Source: Phoronis australis (lineage: Eukaryota; Animalia; Phoronida). From it: DNA of 64,000 nucleotides. The notes below the pieces were generated by a model that was not told the origin of the DNA, ran no database searches, and saw only the letters and a program-made list of their open reading frames with translations. The DNA lies in the NCBI GenBank assembly GCA_002633005.1, contig NMRA01000107.1, positions 289,492-353,491 on the forward strand, written 5' to 3'. Within the stretch, counting starts at the first letter, position 1. Each line of letters starts with the position of its first letter. Positions 27,101-38,800 of the stretch are shown here, piece by piece. The position numbers were made by a program, and so were the translations under genes.

Positions 27101-30100
27101 CAAAGAGTGATTTTAGTGACTTACTGACCCATGTGTTGATTGTTACAATATGCAAAATGTCAACAATTACCATTGGACAAGTGTAGCCAATTGATGTGTA
27201 AGGGTCTGGAACCTTCAAAACATTCAGTGATGTGTCAGGTCTTTGTGACAACATATTTTTTATTAGCTAAATCACATAACATGTTTATAATGTCAGGGAT
27301 ATACTTAGCCACTCACAATGCAAGTAAAAATTAGGGCTGGGTGAGTAGAAGTTCACTTGCCGGTCGTCCAGGTGGCGAGAGAATTTTCTCAGCGCAATAA
27401 ACACTCTATCATTTCCCAGATGAAAATCAATAAATTTTCTCTTACCTGTGCTGATTTTATCATGAATTTAAGGTTAAGTTTGGTCTGCGTCTCGATGCTC
27501 CAGCAGTAAAAAAAAACATCTACGCAGTTTGCTCCTACCGAGTCAGTAGGCCTAGACTGTAAACGTTGCGATTTGTCAAGAGACCACAGTGTGTGGTCGT
27601 GCACAAAGGAATTTGTGGACTAGTTCGGAACGAAGAAAAAGGAAGAAAGGTGGTGGATGGTTCCATGTGCTCACAGCGAGTGAAATTCCATATGTCTTGG
27701 AACTGACTTCTTATTGTACAGTGAAATTTTAGAAAAGATTATTTAATAAATAATAACATTGAAATCACATATAAATTTCATTGATTGTCCTCGTTATCAC
27801 TATTAGGAAAATAAACGCAATTTTTAGCCAGATTGATCGTATAGTCTGTTTGGTGTGGCTATAAGATTTCCAGGGGCAAAGACTTTTTCCGTATCTTGGG
27901 TCCAGCCATATGATTTAGCAATACAGTACAGTACAGTACAGCACAATTCATTACTCGGTGTGGTCACTGGCAAGTCAATGAGTACTATTGCGTGCCCTTG
28001 AAAACTGTTCTAGTCCACATACGAGACAGAATCATGACACGCGCGTTGACTTGTGCACGACTGCTATCATCGTGGGTGTTCTCATTTTCAACGCGACGCT
28101 TTTTAGAGGACGTCCGCCCTCTTTCTAAGTAAACTACGGCGGAAAAAAGAAACCATCACGCCGATTATGAGGAAAACGAGAGAAGACGTGATTAAATGTG
28201 TAGATTGGCAGAAAGGGCGGCCCTGGCTTCAAGACACAGAAGACGGCATGCAATTTTAATTAAAATGAAGTTACTGTGTTGGATGGCGTATCGTCTTGTG
28301 TAGCCAGCCAGCCAGCTAGCTGCATGAAGACTATTGTCGAGTTCTGACAGACCTCGAAAGTGCACAAAGACCAGCCAGTTCTGCTCGTCACCTCGCCATG
28401 AAACTCAGTATCAACATGTAGAGCTAAAGACCGGCGAGGGTACATGCAAAATTTGGGAGTCAACCGCCACTCACCTGGCCCATTACAGCAGTTTAAGTGA
28501 AGAGTAATCTAACAAACGTCATTTTCTTTGCGTAATTCTCCGCCCTATGTGACAAAGAAATTAAGGTATTTCACTGTTTTGAAAACAGTACGCTAGTGAC
28601 ATGCGTACACGGCATTTCCTAAAGTTTTGGAACATCTCTCGGGAGATGATGACAGCTTCGCAGCAGCAAAATTTGTTCTGAAATCCCGTTTGATGGTATT
28701 AAAATTTTAAAACCATATAATGAAGTAAAGCAAATTGAGATAATTTGTTGTGGCGGATATGCAACCTCGTGAAAGAACAACACATTACGGTGTTTTTCCA
28801 TTGCTCCTAACTTGTTCGATTCTATTGCCCAATAACAAGTTAGGAAGTTTACCCCTGTAGCCAATATCTTATACGACTGATTAACTCTATTCTGGCATTC
28901 ATGGTTGGAGGGCCAGCTCCCTTTTGTTCGATAATTGCTCTAATTTTCAAAAAGATCATATCTACGCCTGACTGGACTGTGCTGTTAAAAATAAAAGTTA
29001 AGTTATAACAAATTTGAACATAAACCAATGGCATTTCTGAAATCCTCGTCTAATGGTGATCATGTCTGGTTTTTGAATCGCCAAAATTGCCCAACTGCAA
29101 CTGAAGTTACGATAATCTATTCTTTCCGAATGTACCAGTTAACTCTGGGTTTGACGGTGTTCACACGTGGTCTGTAATAAGCCTGGTAGATATTAATTGC
29201 AGGGCACGACACAACGAGCTGCAGGTCGCATTTGCGACCTGAAATTTGGAAATGCGAGCTGAGATTTTTGTCAGCTCGTATCAAGTCGCAAAATGCGACC
29301 TGGAATTTCCAACGAATGCGAGCTGAGTTTATTGTTAATCCGACCATTACTTGGTTGTTGCCAAATCCAAGTTCAAAAGACCACTAACTGAGAACAGCCC
29401 TCCCGATGACTTGTAAGCAAGTCGCGTGACCATGGGATATGCAGAATCGATCTTTCATGCGTTTCATTGGCTAACATTTTCGGCCATTTACGCAAATTTC
29501 CGGATTTGCCGAAGAAAGTTTCGGGCCACATAACACGCGATAAAACCTCACAAAACAGTGGTGTTTCTATTAATTCTTAAGCGATCAACTTATCAAACTT
29601 TGTGGTGGACAAATATGTTTGTTTTTCGCTTAAGATGTCCTTATTACCTTTACCAAATATCCACGACAATATCCCTGATATCGCACTGCGGCACTGGTCC
29701 GTCCCGTTGTTAGCGTGCAAGCGGTCCCGGCAAGATAATCGTGACTTAGATATGTGCGCCTCGTTTTTATCCCATAAGACAGCCAAAGTGAAAATGACAA
29801 CCTATTAATCCCCAAACGACGATCACATCTTTACTTTCAGTTGCCAAGAAATTCTCAAACCCCATTACTTGTTTTCTGGGGCTACGTGCGCGAAAAATGA
29901 TTTGTCTTTCACACGTTGTTGCCAACGTAAAGTGTAGGCCTATTCCAGCAATTCAAGTGCGTGAACTCACGCGTGCGCACCGTTTTGAAGCTGTGCATCA
30001 AAAGAGAACAGCGGCAGTCCTAAATGAAAGAGTATACCGACTTGGCTCTGTCAAGCACCCGGGTGCCAATGGTTTATTTGAAAATGAACTCATAGCTTTC

Positions 30101-33100
30101 CGGCGGTTACGATGCTTTACGATATTCCCCGGGAAAGATGTAACCCAGAACTGATATTTTCCGGTTCCGATGTTTCTCGAGGTCGATGTTCTCTAAACCC
30201 TATATTCTATGCCCGTAGCCAGCTATTGCAACTAAACGGGTACTAGATGCGAAATTGTGGTTAGCGAACCTTTTATATTTCTCTTCATACACCTCCCCTT
30301 TCTCCCCGGCAACTTTTCGCTCCCCGGACCACCGCCGCCGTAAAAATGTTCAGACTCCAATAGAAACAATCATGTTCCAGCTGAAGCCGGCAATTAAAAA
30401 CAAAATTATTCCGGGTGGCTAAAAAGGGTACAGTGTAGGTGGTAACGATATGCAGAAAGTCACCCCTACTAGATGGAGTTTGCCTCGCAAAATCGTATTA
30501 TTATAACGTTTCTTACCATTGTAGTCTTTTAATATCTTATTACCGCAAACACTCGGGTTAACGACTATGCTAACGCACAAGCCTACTCCCTATCTTTGAA
30601 GTGTTTCACAATAAGCGCTCACTGATCTACTAAGCGTTCCCCCTCAACTTTTGAGAATTTCCAATTAAGCGCCCACAGTTTAGGCTAGCGCCCATCATAT
30701 CGCACTACAAACGACCGCGCGTGGTTTAAAATTGACTCGCAGCCTATATGGTGTGTCACTCTCATTTTACACAACAAATTCTGTTTTCAAAAAACGTCTT
30801 TTCTCAATATGTAAAAACCAAATCCCGGCTTTGTTTTATACCTCCGAAAGAAAGTTAACACTAGTGACATGCGTGTCGTTTTGTGACTGACCTATTTTCC
30901 CCGTACGTGGAAGGTATTGAGCAAACTTGCCATTACCAGATGGAAACTCGCACGGAGGGAGTCGGGAATTATTTGGAGGCTATTCACTTCATGGAAAACT
31001 AATTGTTGAGTACGTAAACAGCATAAGTACCACATTTTTGTTGTGAAATTTGCACTGAATTGTTTATTCGGTTAAAGCATCGTTTCACGGATTTTTTTTC
31101 GACAGACGTTTTTCAAACATGAGTTAAGTTGCAAAATTTGGGCTGCGAACAAAAAGCGGAGGGAATTTGCCCTCGGAGTTAGTTTGAATCTTTAGCGACT
31201 TTGATGACAGCCAGTAGCAGGTCAGACCTAGCAAAATCCCGGATACTTTTTCAACGGGCATTTTCTCCCTTTTCAAATCGCAAACTTAGCTACTCGAATG
31301 CACCTGTCAGTTAGAGAGCGCTAATTCAACTTTCACTTCGGGAACTTGACTTGCGCTCTAGAGACTTTCAAAGGCGGTCGTGTAGAACAGTAACGCCGTA
31401 CCTGCATGAACGAAGTCAGTTTTTGGATCTGAAATTTGTGAGCATTTAACGCGGCAGGAAAGAGCATAATCTAAAAATTTTCTCGATGATCTAAAATCAA
31501 TTTTGGCGCGTAAAAATGGCGGGAAAATTTTGCGACCTGGCATTTATGAATGCGACCTGGATTTTGGAAATGCGACCTGGGATTCTGGCTAGGTCGCAAA
31601 ATGCGACCTTGCGATTTTTATAACGTCGAGCCCTGAATTGGCCTGCCTGTTGTCATAACAGACAAAAGACTTCGCATGGCAGTTAATAAAGAAGCTAGAT
31701 GTTATCAGATTCTCCGAACCCCCTTCGTCTGGTAAAGTCACTGAACGGGAAAACGCTGTTATGAGTTGATTGAAAAAGCGACAAAAAAGAAACTGGCCAA
31801 TGGGTGACCCAATACTTCAAGGCGTCAAAAGTCGACGCAAAAGACCGTGCCGCAATTTTAGCAGCAGAATAACGGTAGAACGCTAACTTTTTTAGGAATG
31901 GCAAATAATTTAGTGTACTCAAGGAAGGGAGTAGTTTTTAATGACACTAATTTTGTGTCAGATTTTCTTTGGTCATTTTTTCCCACATCGGCGCGAAGCT
32001 GCGCCAAACCCAAGGCTACGTCTTGCGTTGCTGGGTATTGAATTCATCGACGTAGAAAGCTTCTTGGTAGACATTCTGCATATTCTAAAAGTGACACTAG
32101 CCCTAGAAGATGGTGACCAACGCACAAAACAATCATTTTTCTTGACATTGGCAGCAAGTTTGTGGTGACCGACGCGAAACGACCGGGTCAATGAACTTTG
32201 GTCTGGGCAAGATTTCCTGGCTCACTCGCTCAGCGAGTGTGGTTTTGAAACCTGGGTATATCCCTGAATTTGTCAGAGAGAATAGAGATAAGCCAAGGCT
32301 ATGTAGGATCCTCGAAAAATGGCCAAATTTTGTCAAATTTCGGAACACATCTAAAAAATGGATGATCACATTCACATGAAATATTCCGATACCATGCTTT
32401 GTGTACTGTTCAACAAAACGCTAAATAAACAGGAATCGCTTTTTAAATTTCCCACTTTTGTATGAGGGGCTATCAAAACTAGAATTTTTATGAAAAAATA
32501 CCCAAAAGCTGCACGAAACGATTTAATACAGCGGGACAATTCCCACCTTTTACACAAAATCTTTGCGATCAACATGCCGACACATTACCACTGCTGCACG
32601 GTGTGACCTTCATACCGAAGCATCCAACGTCTCAAAATGAATGCAAGAAATTGCATTTGCCTATAAGCTCACTTTGCACATCACAATTGGACAATGGATC
32701 CAGAAAAAGATGGTGCTAATGAGTAAAGAGTTTTATGTAGAATCATGCTTTCTTTTGTAAGACCGTACTGTCATTCAAAGAACTCTCTACTCACCTTTAA
32801 ATAGGGGACAGATATCCCACATGCTGAGGGGGCTGGAGCTGGAAAACTGTCCTAGCGCCATCTCTAGGAAGAACAGAGGGATACCGCAAAGCAACAGGAA
32901 GGTGAAGTATGGGATGAGAAATGCTCCTGAAAACAAATAGGAAACAAACCGTTAAGACAATGTAATCGACACACACGTAATAGGGTATTAACAAATGGCC
33001 AACAGCGGGTGCTACAGCACTAAACGATGCCAAATGACTAATGCCAACCTTTAGAGACACATCCGTTTTTGATGATGCCCATTCTATATGCATCACTGCC

Positions 33101-36100
33101 GGCTACATAACTGCGAAAAACAAAATACCAAGCAAGATGATAAATATATGTTAGTAGAGCACTTTATACTGTAATGCTTTAATCAACAAATGAAAGCGCT
33201 CTTACAGAGCAACACTTGATGAAAACTACCGAGGAGGGGAGCTGACAATGAAGGCAGTGACACCATAGACAAAAACGACCATGACACCTACGATGATGCA
33301 GAAAAAGACCATATTACCTCCAACAGTGTCAGCAACATCAAGAATGCCAACAAATCTTCAAATAATGACGACATCATTGAAATGAAACTACCGCTAAATT
33401 GCCAAAAATCGGCAACACCACTGACATCGTCATTCCCAAATACTCAGAACAATGATGCCGGCCACACCAACGACAAAACTGAAATAACATCATCACCATC
33501 CTCATCATCATCATCATCATCATCACCAACACATCAAATATGACAGAACTGATAAAGAAAAAATGCTTATGCACTAGGGTCAATCGTCACAAAACAAGAA
33601 GTGATCAAGCAATAAAAGGACGGTAGTCCAAAATCGCAAATAACCCAAAAACGTTCGCAGGGAAAAAGCTGACAACACTTTTGTGTAGTGTTTTGCGAAA
33701 TCTACCTGTATACGAGTTTCCATGGAGATTCGTTGAGAAGATCGCCACAGTTTAGACTCAACGAACAGAAATTTTGAACCAGTTTCTGTCACCAGGGCTT
33801 GGAATGACCAATGACAAAAAACGCGGAAACTTTTACGGCCCAAATCATGCCCGATAACCAGCCTTGAAATGGTCAATGTGAACCTTTCCCCGACAAAAAT
33901 GCGCATGCGTCTGCGTCCTTTTAGCTCGGCCATCCACACCCAACCCACACATTTTTGGCTGCAGAGCGGTAGTATTTGTCGCCGCGCTTAACAATAACAT
34001 GAGACGCCATTGAAAATCCCACCACGCTGTCCCAGATACCCCGGCAATGTTGACAATTTACGTTCCTCCGAAACATAAAGAGCAACTTCCGCTTTTCGAG
34101 GTGAACGTCGTCTGCAATGCCGCAGTAAGAAAGGAATTTGCCGCGCAAATTTTATATGAAATCGGATTTTTTTACGCGGAAATATTATAAAAAAAGCGGA
34201 AAGCACATTTGAAAAAAGCGGAAATCCGCGTTTCCGCGGAAAATTCCAAGCCCTGTGTCACAGCATGACATTCAGTCTGCAACTGTGAAAATGTCTCAAG
34301 TCAATCGAACGAAAAATGGAAAAGATAGTATGTAGTCTGGAATTCTTCTTAACGAGGTAGAAGTTGCGTATCACTTTCATGTTGATCAGCGAAAAATGAA
34401 ATATACAGAAGCAATAATCAAACTTAACAACCAAGGAATATACTTGGCAAATAAAGTTTGCCAAGTAAAAATTTAGAGACAACACAGCACTTTCATGAAA
34501 TGTGGCCAACTGAAACACAATGAGTCAATAATTATGGCATTGTAGCCATATGGATACAGATTGTCATTGGGTTCTCTAACAGCTCAAGAATAATTAAGCC
34601 ACAAAAAGCTCATTACCAAATGTATGCCATTGGCTGCTAACATTGGAAGACAGACCAAGACAATTACCAATTATTGACAGAACAGATCAGCTCTGTGGTT
34701 AAAAATATCAATCCTGCTCTTTATTGATTTTTGTAATATCAATGCTGGGACTGAACAACACCAGTACGCTGTGTTAATATAGGCTCACTGTGTGCATCCC
34801 TAATGGCAAAACTATTCAGGAGTGCTCTCTTATTCAAATGTTCCCTTATGGATATATTAGACTTGATTTACAACAATGTCTGTTTTTGTAATATTCCACA
34901 TGTCTGGCAAAATATCTTCATCCAGAGTGAACTTCAAATACGAAGTACATCATATGTAGCACCTTCATAGGGGGGGGACATTTGTTTACCACAGAGCAAG
35001 GGTCAAAGGTTACAGAGCTGTCATTCAAATCAATCTCCCGCCAGTATGTATGGCGAGTTAGACACTAGTTCCCTTGACATACACTTACAATGAGGAGTAT
35101 ATGGCTACAGAAACAGATGCATCAACACTGGAATAATGTGGGTAATAGGTTTCGACAGCAGTGTATAGACACTGGCATGCCAACGGCTGTGTTGAAATTT
35201 TGAGTACAGGGATAACTGGTTCAAACGAGTCATCAAGGAGGCCATGTTCATTAAGGCTCAGCAGACAGAGGTGACAGGCTCACCTTGTCCACACTTGAAA
35301 TGGTACTGTGGATCTATCTAACAAGAACACGGCGGGAAGCTCCGCCTGTCCCACCACTCTTAATTACTTCACCTTTTCTCAAGAATAGGGGCCAAAGGAC
35401 TTTTAGTATTAGTACCATAGTCCATTTGAACAGCTGTTTCAATCTCATGCTCACGATGTGCTTTAACTGCAGATATTTGATTTCCGTTCTCCATGTTTAT
35501 AGTTGGTTTCTTGAGATCGAATCTCTCACGCGTTTCATATGAAGTGAATCACAATGCACTATTGACCTATAAATGATAGCTCCTCTTCTTGACCTACACT
35601 GAGCCAAGACTCTGAACAATGTCTCCCAAAATTACTACCTTTTAGTGGTAATTAATTAAATTTGTTAACACAAATTCATTTGATGGTTGTGGTAAAAGAT
35701 AACTTAAGAAAATTAAGCAAATGAGTAGCTCGTTTGGAGTACAGGAACTTGTTTAACAAAAGTATGAGATGAAAATCTTCTGCATGAGTTTTGAGGGTTG
35801 TCACGTTCGCCGCATTTCCTTTGGTTCCTGACAAACGACTTTGTTTGAACTGAAGAACGCAAATTCTCAGTAATTGGGGTATGAAACAGTGTGGCACATG
35901 AGTTGCATTGTGGGAAAATACCTCCACCATTCCTCATGCAAAGATAGGGGAATCGCCATAGATTCCCGAGTCCCACAGCAAAGCCAATGCAGGAGAGCAG
36001 GAAGTCTGCTTTTCTTGTCCAGTTGCCACGTTCCTTATTCTCGTCCCCATCAGAAGACAGGTCCGAGCTCCCTATGGTGTCCTTGTCCAGGGACAGTTCC

Positions 36101-36126
36101 TTTTCAGTTATCATGGTGACCTCCAT
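1..36126 (-). CDS. SLC6 (neurotransmitter:sodium symporter) family Na+/Cl- dependent amino-acid transporter, glycine-transporter-like; spliced gene span, 3' end outside window
   Basis: 12 coding exons joined by hand with GT-AG junctions and consistent phases (205,132,328,133,135,104,125,113,132,100,101,154+ nt). The spliced product has SLC6 signatures [64 protein letters not shown] and [12 protein letters not shown]. Confidence 0.95.
528..2403 (+). mobile_element. HINE/DINE-1-like non-autonomous Helentron-type repeat segments with CTCF-like monomers, flanking SLC6 exon 11
   Basis: Starts AACAAGAC-CAACagagggGGTTG (hairpin)-ATGTGTGCCCAC. Ends GGATGCC..GACAG..ATGCACCCACATATAAGTATGTGGGCACATAAAAA. 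Internal monomers carry CCACTAGGGGGC-like motifs at 749, ~1640, 1782, 1922, 2078, 2211. Same family as 54451-57029. Confidence 0.65.
1118..1218 (-). CDS. SLC6 coding exon 11
   Basis: ttttgcag|GT GCA TCT CGA ... GTT ATG TTG|gtgagt. Translates (G)[33 protein letters not shown]; 101 nt, phase 1 to 0. Confidence 0.92.
2428..2527 (-). CDS. SLC6 coding exon 10 (TM10)
   Basis: atttcag|GGT GGA ATG TAC ... ATC TAT G|gtgagt. Translates [33 protein letters not shown]; 100 nt. Confidence 0.95.
2497..3164. repeat. Compound minisatellite derived from the exon-10 acceptor boundary (about 80-bp x3, then about 62-bp x5, then 37-bp units)
   Basis: Core AGTCCATCACCTG(G/C)AATA recurs at 2497, 2576, 2658, 2742, 2796, 2858, 2920, 2982, 3044, 3081, 3118. 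The first copy is exon sequence. Confidence 0.9.
3613..4420. mobile_element. TIR MITE, probably Tc1/mariner-pogo-like
   Basis: The left end TACCGT..CCCTAAAGTCGTGA (twice, 3625 and 3642) is inverted by TCACGACTTTAGG at 4397-4409 (partial copy also at 4201). The extreme termini are imperfect. Confidence 0.6.
5690..5821 (-). CDS. SLC6 coding exon 9 (TM8 end-TM9)
   Basis: caatag|TTT GGT ATG GTG GAG ... ATG CAG|gtgggt. Translates [44 protein letters not shown]; 132 nt. Confidence 0.95.
7539..7651 (-). CDS. SLC6 coding exon 8 (EL4-TM8)
   Basis: cttgcag|GC CCA GGA ... ACT CAG|gtaaag. Translates (G)[37 protein letters not shown]; 113 nt. Confidence 0.96.
11513..11637 (-). CDS. SLC6 coding exon 7 (TM7)
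   Basis: ttttgaag|G GAC TCG ... ACG CAA G|gttaga. Translates (R)[41 protein letters not shown]; 125 nt. Confidence 0.95.
13209..13293. repeat. 27-bp tandem repeat x3
   Basis: CAGGAGATTCCCACTGGTTGTGTTTTC repeated three times with one substitution. Confidence 0.9.
14336..14439 (-). CDS. SLC6 coding exon 6 (TM6)
   Basis: tctctcaag|GTT TGG GGG ... GTC TAC AG|gtaggt. Translates [34 protein letters not shown]; 104 nt. Confidence 0.96.
15239..15373 (-). CDS. SLC6 coding exon 5 (TM5-EL3)
   Basis: ttgacag|GTG GTG TAT ... TTT CAG|gtagta. Translates [45 protein letters not shown]; 135 nt. Confidence 0.96.
15544..15945. mobile_element. PIF/Harbinger-like MITE
   Basis: Imperfect 14-bp TIR AGTCCCGTTTAGAC / GTGTAAATGGCACT (11/14), with TTA on both sides (15541-43, 15946-48). 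Internal CCGTGTCA and CGTTTACAC motifs are repeated. Confidence 0.7.
16010..17240 (+). repeat. Degenerate cluster of CTCF-like-motif monomers (HINE-family internal repeat)
   Basis: Motifs at about 16024, 16171, 16290, 16859, 16980, 17148, with family spacer words (gaagataca, ttaatagaaac, ttcataatgat). Confidence 0.75.
17264..17412. repeat. 51-bp tandem repeat x3
   Basis: GGTTACCACTGCCTCTGAATTAGTGACATTGCATCCTAGTAATTAAATGAT starts at 17264, 17315 and 17366. Confidence 0.92.
18262..18394 (-). CDS. SLC6 coding exon 4 (EL2 end-TM4)
   Basis: ttgtag|G TAC AGT GTT ... GGT AAG|gtgagt. Translates [44 protein letters not shown]; 133 nt. Confidence 0.95.
18700..21790 (+). repeat. Long degenerate array of CTCF-like-motif monomers (two sub-types), interrupted by a 30-bp minisatellite
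   Basis: Motifs at about 18888, 19663, 19814, 20204, 20341, 21037, 21165, 21342, 21475, 21619, all in CCAC..AG..GGC plus orientation. Confidence 0.75.
19008..19410. repeat. 30-bp minisatellite x~13
   Basis: Unit GCATGGCATACTGATATGCCCAGACAG(C/T)GT, near-perfect. It explains the repetitive ORFs at 18963-19514. Confidence 0.97.
22050..22377 (-). CDS. SLC6 coding exon 3 (TM3-EL2)
   Basis: tttacag|GT CTT GGG TAT GGT ATG ... TAT TGG CA|gtatgt. Translates (G)[40 protein letters not shown]...MTPAEEYW; 328 nt. Confidence 0.96.
22700..24600 (+). repeat. Degenerate CTCF-like-motif monomer clusters (about 22700-23400 and 24270-24600)
   Basis: Motifs at about 22731, 23007, 23107, 24414, 24554 with family spacer words. 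Confidence 0.65.
27332..28483. mobile_element. Putative old hAT-like MITE
   Basis: Imperfect TIR TAGGGCTGGGTGAGT / ACTCACCTGGCCCAT; no clear TSD. Confidence 0.35.
29200..31635. mobile_element. Non-autonomous hAT-like element with 5-bp TSD
   Basis: TIR CAGGGCACGAC / GTCGAGCCCTG (10/11), with AATTG on both sides. Clustered subterminal GCGACCT/AGGTCGC motifs occur at both ends (29224-29300, 31533-31608). Confidence 0.8.
32795..32926 (-). CDS. SLC6 coding exon 2 (TM2)
   Basis: ttttcag|GA GCA TTT CTC ATC CCA TAC ... TTT AAA G|gtgagt. Translates (G)[43 protein letters not shown]; 132 nt. Confidence 0.96.
33240..33530. repeat. Low-complexity CAT/GAC-rich tract ending in a (CAT)n microsatellite
   Basis: (CAT)n run at about 33488-33525, preceded by degenerate trinucleotide-rich sequence. 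Confidence 0.8.
33793..34255. mobile_element. Non-autonomous hAT-like MITE with 6-bp TSD
   Basis: Perfect 13-bp TIR CAGGGCTTGGAAT / ATTCCAAGCCCTG, with TGTCAC on both sides. Subterminal GCGGAA motifs are repeated. Confidence 0.88.
35090..35292 (+). pseudogene. Decayed Penelope-like retroelement fragment (GIY-YIG endonuclease C-terminal part)
   Basis: Frame from 35214 reads [17 protein letters not shown], preceded (frameshifted) by VEILS. This resembles the recalled WFxRxxKEAxxI motif of Penelope endonucleases. Confidence 0.55.
35922..36126 (-). CDS. SLC6 first coding exon (N-terminus, TM1)
   Basis: ATG at 36126; translates [10 protein letters not shown]...[36 protein letters not shown], donor G|gtattt at 35921. 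An upstream acceptor tttcttttcag at 36156 implies the exon begins at 36155 and that an unlocated non-coding exon lies upstream. Confidence 0.95.
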
Positions 36127-37426
36127 ACAGTTTCTTGTTCAAATCAAAATCCAAGCTGAAAAGAAACGGAATATTTTCACATAAGAGAATGATGGTTTAG
36201 AACCACGCAGTGGTAGGTTCATGTCTGACAAAGTTCTACAAGGACTAACCTGACTAAAAAAAAAACGAAATTGCAAAATTATCCATAACATGAGAAATCA
36301 TATCTCTTGATCAACAGGCCTGGTGGACTGGCAGCATTTGAAGACCGTCCATGTTTGTCATACATGCACACTTGGTCAATCTTTTGTTAAAATGTGATTC
36401 ACTTTGTTAGAGCACTCTCAGACTGGACCAAGTATTCAACCTTTTTAGTGCTGTTAAATTCTCTTCTTTTGTTAACAAATAACCCAATGCTTCTGACATG
36501 TAAACAGACCTTATCTTAAAGTTGCTCCAAAAACTGACATTTGTTTACAGTGAACAAAACTTACATTTGTTTACAGTGCTTGTTATCCCTAAAGTTCCTT
36601 GGAAATTTCCAGGTCATAGAAGATGCCAAGATATCTGTCTTTCAAGTACCAAGAAGTCAAGGTCAGTATTTGGTAAACAAACCTGGTCACTTCTTGACCT
36701 CTTGGTATCAAGTATGGCATATTCATTACTTGCTGTGATACCTAAGCACTGTTCACAGGGCAACTCAACATGTTCTATGCTCATTGTTAAGCTATGGGTG
36801 TTTTTACCAAAAAGGTGTCTAATTTTTATTCCTTATTTTCAGACCTTTTGGTCTTCAATACTAGCTATTTGTGAATATCAATTTTTCTTCAGCTGGTGGG
36901 TTCATTCGCGCATCTCCCCACTTCTTTGTGGTCTGGAACAGACCAAAAAGTAATTCAAGGATTTAAATTGACTTCCAAACAAAGGGGATATGCCTGGATA
37001 AACGGAGACTTGGGATGTTGTTTTGAAAACGTAAATCAAATCCATCCCAAAATGGATAGATGCTATCGCTATCATAACAGAAACTTGTTCACCAAATTTC
37101 AATAAAAACTGTAAAAGAACTCTGAAGATACAGATGTAACCAAGGCAATTTTTTTCAAATGAGACTTTCTTATTTAGCCTCAAAGTGGACGGAACTGTTC
37201 CGCACTTTTTTATATCCACTTAAGGCCATAAAATGGTATGAAACAAATTTATGCCTTACCCTAAACATGTTTACAATGTTACATTTTTATTTCTTCAGTT
37301 AGCATTTTCTTAATTAATTAGCAGTTCAATTTTTGCCATGTGGAATATTCCGCAATGACTGCAATTCCTGGGTGAGAATTTGACATGCTCTAAAAAAGTG
37401 GAGTATTCGAACGCCCTAAAAGCTTG

Positions 37427-38800
37427 TCAAACGTGTAAAACGTGGCGTGTCAAACACATGTAATTTTCGTTCCAATACTGCACGTATAGTGTCAAACGTG
37501 GCGATAAGCGTGTAAAACGTGGCGATAGCGTGTCGAACGTGGCGTGCAAAAACGCGTTATTTTTGTTCCAATACTCCACCTCTGACACGCTCAACGTGTA
37601 AATTAGAGCAAAACCATCCCACAAATAATAGTTTTGCTGAGTCCTAAAAGTTTAAGATTTTCTTCAGGCATAATAAAAGTGATAAACACTCCATTCTCAA
37701 TAACGCTCAAAGTATCAATGTCTCAACCCTAACAATAATTGACTGCTGAATATTATGCAAAATTTGCAGAATACGACATACTTGCAGAATATATCGCAGA
37801 TTTTGCGAATTACGCAGATTTTGTGAAATATTACGCAGATTTCAAGGAATACTACAGATTTTAAGGAATATTACGCAAATTTTGTGGAATGTTAATACAC
37901 AAATTTTGCGGGATATTGTGCACTTGCAGAATATTATGCATATTTTGTAGAATTTCCACATAAATTGGACCAGTAGAAGGTATATGATTGACAAAAACGT
38001 TTTGTCAATTTTATAGACTTGTTACACTAAAGTTTTTCCTTGCTCTAAAATTTCAAAACAAACAATGATTAATCATTAAAAACCAACATGACGGTTGAGG
38101 AATGGTTCCGCATGTGAAACAGCTCCACAAACAGAATAGTTTTTTACAGCCCTTAATTTTGTTAATTTTCTTCAGGCAAAATGAAGTTGGAATACATTCC
38201 ATTCTCCATAACCCTTGAAAGTATCAATGTGTCAAACCTGGGGTTAATCAATATATCGGTTGCGGAACGCTTCCCCAAACAGAATAGTTTTAAGGAGCCC
38301 TCAAAAATTTTAATTTTCTTTAGTCGCAAAAAATTGAAATATATTTCATTCTCAAAAACACTTGAAAGTGTCAATGTGTCAACCCTATTAATAATTAATC
38401 AACATGGAAATTGTGAATGGAATTGTGCAAACAGAACAGTTTTGTGGGGCCCTCAAATTTTTTAATTTGTTCACGCGCAATAAAGTTGAAATACATTCCA
38501 CTTTCAATAAAACACCAAAGTATCAATGTGTCATCATGTACAGTAATTAATCAATGGAAGAGTTGCTCAATGGTTTGTGATGCAGAGCAGTTCCTCGGGC
38601 AGACTCCGAAAAACTTGTCATGACATTGACTGCATTTGGTAAAACATTAATATAAGAAATGAAATATTCAAATCTTAACGTGTAAGAAGCATCAGAAATA
38701 AAAGTATCAGAATTTCAACTCTGAAAATAATTAATCAATGTAACAGTCGCAGAACTGTTCCACATGCGGAATCATTTCTCCAACAGAATGGTTTTTTTGA
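37427..38800. repeat. Internal tandem repeats of the long-TIR element
   Basis: AAACGTG(G/T) short units at 37427-37600, ~20-bp GAATATTACGCAGATTTT units at 37745-37950, and ~150-bp monomers (ACAGAATAGTTTT...AAAGTATCAATGT) at 37621, 38131, 38279, 38431. Confidence 0.8.

Noticed and set aside
33374-33583. ORF with a poly-Met tract
   Set aside because: Translation of the (CAT)n microsatellite in an intron.
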